This document shows, one piece after another, positions 1-6,297 of a stretch of 6,469 nt of DNA (within the stretch, counting starts at the first letter, position 1; the number at the start of each line of letters is the position of its first letter). The translations under genes were made by a program, and so were the position numbers. The stretch is from Amoeboradix gromovi X-113 (taxonomy: Eukaryota > Fungi > Sanchytriomycota), in assembly GCA_018985225.1 (NCBI GenBank), contig JADGIF010000577.1, forward strand, positions 1-6,469. The letters run 5' to 3'. The notes under the pieces were generated by a model. That model was not told the origin of the DNA and made no database searches. It saw nothing but the letters and a program-made list of their open reading frames with translations.

Positions 1-187
1 TGTAATGCTATACTAACATCATTACTCTTGTCTATTTCATTCTCACAGACAATATATGAGCCTAGGATTCGTTTCGGTGATATTGCTCTGTGAAAATGAG
101 TCTAGAATGTGATAGGTAAATAGATAGTATAGCAATTTCCAAATTAAACAATTCTAAAAATATTGAATAGCATAGATAATTATTTAT

Positions 188-692
188 TCAGAGTCTGTCA
201 ATACCTTGCTGTAGCTCTTGAATTTCATCATGTGCTCCAATCTCTAGTTCTACCTGTTCACCAATTTCTTTTCCGTAGTAGTATCGGAATGCTGTGTGTT
301 TAAAATCCAAAATGTGAATGTAGGAAATATTTTTATGGTTAAATCAAAGATTTCAAAGTTTTAACAATCAAGACATCCTCAGCGCTTAGCGTTGTGCTTG
401 TAGATTCAGCAACGGCAATGGTATCAAGTGAAATTTCGTTTTTAAAATATTTGGACAAACATGCCTCTACACTGATTTGCATTTCTCTTTCTTTGTGAAT
501 ATTTGGAAAACTTTCAATCTGTGGTTCCACGAATCGATCCACATTTAAACAGCGCATCAAAAATTTGATTACTTTCTCTTTAAATTGGAGTTTGGATTTC
601 TGAGCAGGAAACAGGGCGTCTATAGTTTCCTTTTTATACACCATGCCGTCAAACATCCCATTACAAAATCGAATGGCCTTGTAAAACGGCAA
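188..692 (-). pseudogene. Probable frameshifted or intron-separated continuation of the 620..1216 gene (segments 339..692 and 188..343)
   Basis: ORF 339..692 overlaps the end of 620..1216 in the -1 frame. A further stop-free stretch 343..188 (FNHKNISYIHILDFKHTAFRYYYGKEIGEQVELEIGAHDEIQELQQGIDRL*) returns to the first frame and ends in TGA overlapped by AATAAA (183..188). Confidence 0.35.
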
Positions 693-1216
693 AATCTAAC
701 GTATCTTCTTGAAAGATCCTTGAGCTCTGTATTTTCAAGAAAAGGAATATTTTTGACATTTTTCACTCTTGTGTATTTGAGATTAAGGCTCAATAAATGG
801 TACCAGACATCACGAACAAATGATCTGCTTTCATTCACAGAGAATTCTGTTGTCTTTTGCATGTCTTCCTTTCCTTTAGTTGGCGACAAAGATTTAAACT
901 TCTTATACCATTTGAAGGCATTGAAATATAAAGCCGAAAAATGTTCAATCGTAAATGGGCCATCCCAAACCAGGTTTGATTCATTTGTTAATCCTTTTGT
1001 TGCCACGGATTTCAAGAAATGAACACTGTTGGATATTTCACGGTGAGTGACACCGTATACCAAAATGTCCTTTTCAGATTGATATTGATGTAAAAGCCGC
1101 AATCTATCAGATTTTCTACTAGACTTTAAATGTGTGTGGTTGATAGAACATGCTAAAATACCAATGGTGAGAGTCGACAGGATTGAGAATACAGCGATAA
1201 TAGTGGAATTGTCCAT
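620..1216 (-). CDS. Hypothetical protein with N-terminal hydrophobic helix (signal anchor/peptide); probably the 5' part of a longer gene extending to 339 or 188
   Basis: ATG-initiated 198-codon ORF in AT-rich DNA. The N-terminus IIAVFSILSTLTIGILACSI is hydrophobic and followed by a basic patch (KSSRKSDRLR). No family motif recognised. Confidence 0.5.
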   Translation of the reverse strand: MDNSTIIAVFSILSTLTIGILACSINHTHLKSSRKSDRLRLLHQYQSEKDILVYGVTHREISNSVHFLKSVATKGLTNESNLVWDGPFTIEHFSALYFNAFKWYKKFKSLSPTKGKEDMQKTTEFSVNESRSFVRDVWYHLLSLNLKYTRVKNVKNIPFLENTELKDLSRRYVRFCRFTRPFDFVMGCLTAWCIKRKL

Positions 1217-1533
1217 TTCGAGGAGGGGAGTGCTACAGAGTGCAGTGAATCAAAAGCTTTACCGGTAAAAGTAGAAACGTCAGCTTATATAGCTCTTACA
1301 TCCTCATTTGAGGCAATCGAGAGTCACTTGGCATCAGTTGAAAGCCTCGTTGATGTAGATAAATATGATGCCGCGCTGATCATTGTCGAGATTTGTAATG
1401 CTATTCCCAGTTTTACCGAAAATACATTTGGGACATCAAATATAAAAACTGGACTAACTTTCAGTAACAACTTGGAACATTATTTCAGCTTTATTAATTT
1501 ATGGATTTAAGAGGCAAGTGGACATTCAGCTAG
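1187..1533 (+). pseudogene. Start-less coding relic whose 3' end is the duplicated 145-bp repeat
   Basis: The frame is stop-free from 1187 to 1510 (107 codons) with no ATG. Restoring the extra T seen in repeat copy 2 extends it to ...FINFMDLRGKWTFS* (TAG 1531..1533), followed by AATAAA at 1561..1566. Confidence 0.3.
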
Positions 1534-1568
1534 TTGCGGAGTTGACGAGTATGAAAGGAAAATAAATA
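1424..1568 (+). repeat. ~145-bp direct repeat, copy 1 (partner 6298..6442)
   Basis: Aligned by eye from acatt..gacatcaaatataaaaactggactaactttc to gttgacgagtat(g)aaaggaaaataaata: 5 substitutions and 2 single-base indels versus copy 2. Confidence 0.95.
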
Positions 1569-1675
1569 ACTTTTTGTGTCTTTATTTTGAAAAGAAGAAT
1601 ACAATCAACGAAAGAAAATTGGTATAGTAGAAGATCTTTTATTAATGATGGCATTTCCTCTGTATGGTGCACCTT

Positions 1676-1700
1676 TAAAAACTAGTTAGTCTAGTTTTTA
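1676..1700. repeat. Perfect 10-bp inverted repeat with 5-nt spacer upstream of the JmjC gene
   Basis: TAAAAACTAG-ttagt-CTAGTTTTTA, ending 43 nt before the ATG at 1744. Confidence 0.8.
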
Positions 1701-1743
1701 CATTTGGTGTCCCAGTTAAGTCATCGTTTCTCCTTGTTGAATC

Positions 1744-3276
1744 ATGCGCGATCTTTTTATAACAAAGAACAATATTGTATTTGACAGATGCGTTGAGCAC
1801 GATATAATATGTGCCATAGATCTTGGGTTCTGTATTCCGATTGATGAGCTTAAAAAATCTTTGGAGAGACTGCCAATAACAAATATTAAGACAAAATCAA
1901 ACATTAAATATGATTTTGATTCTGGAATTGATATGTTAAATGCACGTAGTAACGTGTATGCCAAAGATATAGTTACGCCTGAATCCATATCAAACAGGTT
2001 AAGTACAATCATTCCATCCGCTTGCAAATACAGAGGCAAATCTGATTTTCAGAGGCATCTACCTAGTGAACTTCAGGCAATATCCTGCATGACATATATT
2101 GGTTCAAGAGAGAGCGGAACTCCATTTCACATGGACCAGGGTGGCTCGCCAGGTCACAACATCATGGTGTATGCTGAAAATGATGCTTATTCTGAGTGGT
2201 ACATTATCGATAAAAGCTTAGATAAATTGGTTGAAGAAAAAATGGTTAACTTTGCGAATGAAAATATAATGAGATCTGAGATGGAGATCAGTAATGTTGA
2301 TGCTGAACTGGCAAGTGCTAGTCCTGCTTTTGAACTCGATTCAACTATTTTTGAGCAAGGCATCTTGAGCAACGATTCTGCGTTTATTGCCAATTACAAA
2401 ACTTATTTAGCGAGCAGCGTTTTTAAGTTCAAACAAACTCAGGGCTTGTTCTTGTTCATTCCGAATGGTACAATGCACCAAGTTCATAACTACAAGTTAT
2501 CGGTCAAAATAGCTTGGAATATCACAACTGCAAGAAGCTGCAAGTTTTACTATGATAAGTTAGAGTCCATATACCAAAAACAGCAGCGTGCTCAGGTTTA
2601 CCGCCATTCAGCCTGTATTATGTTTCTACTCAAGGACTTTATGCATAGATATGAGCAAGATAGCGTCGCTCTGATAAATGAGTATACAAATCATGATGTT
2701 ATGGAATTGTATTTGGCAATGGAAGTAATGGAGAACGAGCTGTTCAAGCTGTTTATACCTTTAGATGGCTTGATTCATAGACCGTTTTCCAGTCGACTTG
2801 AACAAGGGTTAAATTTGGTATGTGATGGATGTAGGTCAGATATATTTTTGTACTCTTTTCACTGTGATTGTGAGAACATCAAAATACTAAAGAGCTCACA
2901 TCAAAATATTGCAGTTAAACAGACTGACGGGTATGATTACTGCGTACACTGCTACGCAAACATGCCTGAAAAAGATATGCATTGCAGCAATACGTTGTTG
3001 CATTGTTTACTGCCAGCTTCCGAAGCATTTCAGGGTTTTGGTACAGCATGTGGATACTTGCGAGAAGTTTGTCAATCCGAAAAACACAAACACATGAGAT
3101 TAGTGCCAATTTCACCAAGACACGAAATTTTTGCTATTGACGAAGACATTCATAAAATCAAAGGACGGCCAGGCTTTGAAGCATTCAAAAAGTACAAGGC
3201 AAGGAGCAGAAAAAAACGAAATTCAACAAATTTCACACATGTGGAAAGCAATTCGAAGAAGCAGAAAGGAAAGTGA
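1744..3276 (+). CDS. JmjC-domain (2OG/Fe(II) oxygenase) protein with C-terminal Cys/His zinc-finger-like region; CbfA-like/fungal JmjC family, putative chromatin regulator or histone demethylase
   Basis: 510-aa ATG..TGA ORF. Motifs YAKD, MTYIG..GTPFHMD (H129, D131), GHNIMV and Q.QGLFLFIP.GTMHQVHN...VKIAWN (H245) form the JmjC Fe-binding HxD..H triad. These are followed by C360xxC363, C374xC376, YDYC400xxC403 and H413C414, and a basic NLS-like tail (KKYKARSRKKRN, KKQKGK). Confidence 0.88.
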   Translation: MRDLFITKNNIVFDRCVEHDIICAIDLGFCIPIDELKKSLERLPITNIKTKSNIKYDFDSGIDMLNARSNVYAKDIVTPESISNRLSTIIPSACKYRGKSDFQRHLPSELQAISCMTYIGSRESGTPFHMDQGGSPGHNIMVYAENDAYSEWYIIDKSLDKLVEEKMVNFANENIMRSEMEISNVDAELASASPAFELDSTIFEQGILSNDSAFIANYKTYLASSVFKFKQTQGLFLFIPNGTMHQVHNYKLSVKIAWNITTARSCKFYYDKLESIYQKQQRAQVYRHSACIMFLLKDFMHRYEQDSVALINEYTNHDVMELYLAMEVMENELFKLFIPLDGLIHRPFSSRLEQGLNLVCDGCRSDIFLYSFHCDCENIKILKSSHQNIAVKQTDGYDYCVHCYANMPEKDMHCSNTLLHCLLPASEAFQGFGTACGYLREVCQSEKHKHMRLVPISPRHEIFAIDEDIHKIKGRPGFEAFKKYKARSRKKRNSTNFTHVESNSKKQKGK

Positions 3277-3679
3277 AGCATATTAGAGTACCATAGATTG
3301 CGATAGTAGAAATTGCACGGATTTAAAAATGTAGAAACCACGAAGATCTGCTTGAAATACTACTCGACAAGTAGCAAATCCATTAAATTGCAAGGAATGT
3401 AGCAACTGCCTTCGTAGTTTGCGACGCTTATTTGGGGAGACCACTAGAGGAGTACGGTGTATGTAATTTTCTTGCACAAACGATCGCACAGCTCGATTGA
3501 TTTCTTGAATAAATCATTTATCATGAATTTGTATGCATTTTTGTATAGTTTCAAGACTTTTCTAATAGCTTAAATACTCGATTTCTTCCTTTTCACAAGT
3601 GGTAAATTAAATCTAAAGAAATAACAAGTAGGTACAGCATACATTCATCAACACTGAGGAACTGGTCCAAAAATGGAAG

Positions 3680-3899
3680 AATTAGATGCCATGTACAATA
3701 TATGGCACTCTAAAGAAAACCAATTTGGAGAGCTATTCATGTACATAGTGTCATTTTGAAGTGGACATGGACCACATGGCAGCAAGGAACAAATTCGATG
3801 CCATGTACGAGGTGTAGTACTCTGAAGAAAACTAATTTAGAAACCTGAACCTGTACAAAGTGTCATTTGAAGATAGAGGTCATATGGCAGCAAGGAACA
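3680..3899 (+). repeat. Degenerate 2-copy tandem repeat, unit ~110 bp (3680..3791, 3792..3899)
   Basis: Shared blocks gatgccatgtac, actct.aagaaaac.aattt, tgtaca.agtgtcattt and atggcagcaaggaaca at an offset of 112 (108 after indels). 60/77 identity in the ungapped 5' part. Confidence 0.88.
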
Positions 3900-4201
3900 T
3901 ATACATCAAGTATCTGCATCCTTAATCAATCCCGCCTCAGGGTAGTGAAAGCGTGAGCAGTCACTGTAATGGAGTGACTTTAAGTTGCTCTGTGAAAATT
4001 CTCGATTTTCTCGGAAATCAAGACTTTTAACGAGATATGTGTGGTAGAAAATGATTGGTCTTTCTTGTTACTAGATCTAAAACATTTAAGTATTGGTACT
4101 GCAGTCATAGTGATTACATGGATTCGGCGATATTCAACAGGATTTGGACTTTTGGAATGGCGATCTACAATTTAACGAATTTATGACAAGCTTTTAGTAA
4201 A

Positions 4202-4207
4202 TTTATT
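4202..4207 (-). promoter_or_regulatory. Putative polyadenylation signal AATAAA overlapping the methyltransferase stop codon
   Basis: The minus strand reads AAA AAA TAA AT. Confidence 0.45.
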
Positions 4208-5069
4208 TTTTAAGAACACATCCATGGAACCAGACTCTTTTCATTTTAGATTTAGATTTGCGATTTACTATCACTCTTCTATCTAAAATTAATTGTTGTA
4301 TTTCGAATCCAACAGACGATAAAACGCTTCTCAGCCATTCTAGTCTCGCAAAATAGGTTAAAGTACCATCCGAACGCCGATAAAGACCAGCTCCTATACA
4401 TTGGGAAGGTTTAAATCGGAGTTGAGTTAAATCAAAATAGGCGTAGTCACGGAAAACTAATTTTCCGCCAGATTTTAGGGAATTGTAAACATTGGTAAAA
4501 ACTAGAATCCAATTCTCAGGTTTAATGGCAGAGAGTACAAAAAAAAGTGTAGCAACGTCCATTTCCTGAACAGGGAAAGGTAGTACGGCATCGTGTACAA
4601 ATGAAGTAATTTTAGCAGAGACCGGAAAGTTTTTAATTGCAACCTTTGAATAATCACAAGCATAAATATGATAAGTGAAATCTGATTGCAAGCTCTCGGT
4701 TATAGGAATACTTGTATTCCCAACACCTGCGCCCACATCCAAAATTTTGAAGTCATTAAACATAGGGCGCAACTGTGGAAACTCAAGTAGCACCCAATTC
4801 CTGTCTTTAAAAAACGCTCTGTTGTTCTTGGAATAAAACAAGCACCATTCTTGGCTTAAATCAGAATCTTCTGTTGCTTTCTCAGTTTTTTCCGCATCTA
4901 AAATAATCTGTTTTGCTGCTCGTATCTCTTCATCGGACCATTGATAGTGATCGAACGCATTTTCTGCTGAGTCCTTAGAGTATTTCCTACCCAGTTCGTA
5001 TTCAACCTTCAATGCATCTATATGACTTCCATTTTCGACAACAAAGGGTAACAGACTTCCTGGTCTCAT
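4203..5069 (-). CDS. TRM140: tRNA N(3)-methylcytidine (m3C32) methyltransferase, Trm140/METTL2 family
   Basis: Motifs NAFDH.QW (NAWD-like, typical of METTL2/Trm140), W..FY..N...FFKDRNW...EFPQL, SAM motif I ILDVGAGVGNT, YACDYS, FVLSAI, LKSGG.L.FRDY..FDLTQLRFK, YRRSDGTLTYF, and DRR.IVNR....KMKRVW. The first in-frame ATG is at 5069 (288 aa). The ORF track's TTG start at 5111 is unlikely in a eukaryote. Confidence 0.92.
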   Translation of the reverse strand: MRPGSLLPFVVENGSHIDALKVEYELGRKYSKDSAENAFDHYQWSDEEIRAAKQIILDAEKTEKATEDSDLSQEWCLFYSKNNRAFFKDRNWVLLEFPQLRPMFNDFKILDVGAGVGNTSIPITESLQSDFTYHIYACDYSKVAIKNFPVSAKITSFVHDAVLPFPVQEMDVATLFFVLSAIKPENWILVFTNVYNSLKSGGKLVFRDYAYFDLTQLRFKPSQCIGAGLYRRSDGTLTYFARLEWLRSVLSSVGFEIQQLILDRRVIVNRKSKSKMKRVWFHGCVLKK

Positions 5070-5136
5070 CCCGTATTCTAAAAAAAGAGTGTCTCGGGAA
5101 TCCAGAAACAAAGCGAAATATATGGCTGAACTTTTG

Positions 5137-5142
5137 TTTATT
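5137..5142 (-). promoter_or_regulatory. Putative polyadenylation signal AATAAA overlapping the NDUFA8 stop codon
   Basis: The minus strand reads TAC AAA TAA AC. The same stop-overlapping AATAAA occurs at 4202..4207 and 183..188. Confidence 0.45.
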
Positions 5143-5599
5143 TGTAAATAGGATCAGATTTAAGATGAACTTGAAATTCCGCATTTGGAATTACTTTTTC
5201 AAAATTAAAAACTTTTGAGGTGCACTTGTTGAAGGATCTCTCCTCTGCTCTACATTTTTCCAATTGATGATTGTTCATCGTCAGGCATTCCCAGTGTTGC
5301 TTGAAAACCTCGCTACAATTATTTTGTATTTTAGTGATGAAATCTCTTCCGCATCTCGTGACCTTTCGTCCTTCTAGTAAACATTTTTCGATTCCCTCAT
5401 CTTGTCTGCATTTCATGAAGTCTTGACAGTAATCTTTGCAATATTCGTGCATTCCAAATGCAGCAGATTTCAATGGTGCGGATGTCAGCCCTATTTCGTC
5501 CACCTTTAAATCTTCTCTGAGTTCTTTGTTTTCTACATAATCACCTGATGTAAATGCTGGATCCAATTCTGGTGAGTTTCGGTATAGTTGACGCTCCAT
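5138..5599 (-). CDS. NDUFA8: NADH:ubiquinone oxidoreductase 1 alpha subcomplex subunit 8 (complex I accessory subunit, NUPM/20.8-kDa)
   Basis: The VDEIGLTSAPLKSAAF signature, EKCLLEGRKVTRC, and four CX9C motifs (C54-C64, C73-C83, C95-C105, C116-C126). The first ATG is at 5599 (153 aa). The ORF track's TTG start at 5689 is unlikely. Confidence 0.95.
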   Translation of the reverse strand: MERQLYRNSPELDPAFTSGDYVENKELREDLKVDEIGLTSAPLKSAAFGMHEYCKDYCQDFMKCRQDEGIEKCLLEGRKVTRCGRDFITKIQNNCSEVFKQHWECLTMNNHQLEKCRAEERSFNKCTSKVFNFEKVIPNAEFQVHLKSDPIYK

Positions 5600-6024
5600 G
5601 TTATGGGACAGAGTTTGCGAAAATGGCCCCAGAAATTCAGGAATACTCCTAACAAGACTGTCCAAGAATAATAGCCTATTTACTTCCAACTTGGTTTTTT
5701 ACGCGTATTTTGAGAGGTGCGTACGACGTTTTCTATGTCAATAGCAGCGTTGTTGCTCTGAGCAAAGACTTCAGTTTAGCGTTGCTAACACACAACAAGA
5801 ATCATTGTTAGCTATTAATTAGAACTGCCAGATGCCAAATAGGCTGATTACTCAAGCCTTATCCCCAGTAAACGGCTATACTTTTTCTTTATTATCTTAT
5901 CATTAAAGTCCAATTAGGAATTCCTGTCTTTTCGGTTTGCAATCCATTGATGATGATTCAAAAATACAAGAGTAAAATGAACAAGAAATATGGCTATATG
6001 GCTATGGTAGTATTATTATTTCTA

Positions 6025-6083
6025 TCACTGTGGTCATAATTAAATAAGTGATTTTATTTAACTGTATGAAAGTCCCACAGTGA
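6025..6083. repeat. Long imperfect fold-back (three nested stems, 22 Watson-Crick pairs)
   Basis: TCACTGTGG (6025-6033)/CCACAGTGA (6075-6083), TCATA (6034-6038)/TATGA (6065-6069), and TTAAATAA (6040-6047)/TTATTTAA (6054-6061) around a 6-nt loop. Confidence 0.75.
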
Positions 6084-6297
6084 AAATATTAGGTTCGCAG
6101 TTCAGCATTTTTGCATAGCACTTAAAAACTCCCAAATTTAGCAAGCATCTTCAAATTTTCTCAATTATGCGTTACTGTACTCTTGATCCAAATGAGACGT
6201 AAGATTCCATTCAACCAAGCTGAAAAGGATGGCACGGAAAAGATTAGCATCGGTTTGTTTTCTTTTAGGATGCATCTGTCGATTTTAATAGATTAAA

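Noticed and set aside
585-1022. 145-aa + strand ORF
   Set aside because: TTG start, antisense shadow of 620..1216, and no motif.
1219-1230. GAGGAGG Shine-Dalgarno-like tract
   Set aside because: No start codon at a suitable distance on the + strand, and the locus is eukaryotic.
1716-3341. Small ORFs 1716..2039, 2187..2393, 2909..3097, 2915..3118 and 3150..3341
   Set aside because: All overlap the well-supported JmjC CDS in antisense or alternate frames and have no recognisable features.
3812-3825. GTGTAGTA resembling the U2 snRNA branch-recognition sequence
   Set aside because: No flanking U2 sequence or Sm site, and it lies inside the degenerate tandem repeat.
3680-3899. CRISPR-like array
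   Set aside because: Only two long degenerate units with no unique spacers, no cas genes, and a eukaryotic context.
5111-5156. NDUFA8-TRM140 fusion by programmed frameshift (yeast ABP140 uses a +1 shift)
   Set aside because: The TRM140 frame is open back to 5153 but lies in the -1 frame. There is no CTT-AGG-C or X-XXY-YYZ slippery site, NDUFA8 ends naturally, and TRM140 has its own ATG.
5002-5218. ORFs 5002..5184 (-) and 5012..5218 (+)
   Set aside because: Short, overlap two conserved genes, and have no motifs.
5845-5882. Minus-strand IAVYWG*GLSNQ resembling the GH18 class III chitinase N-terminal motif (IAVYWGQ)
   Set aside because: No downstream chitinase motifs (SLGG, DGxDxDxE) in any frame and many stops; probably chance.
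5988-6007. ATATGGCT x2.5 micro-repeat
   Set aside because: Too short; ordinary slippage duplication.
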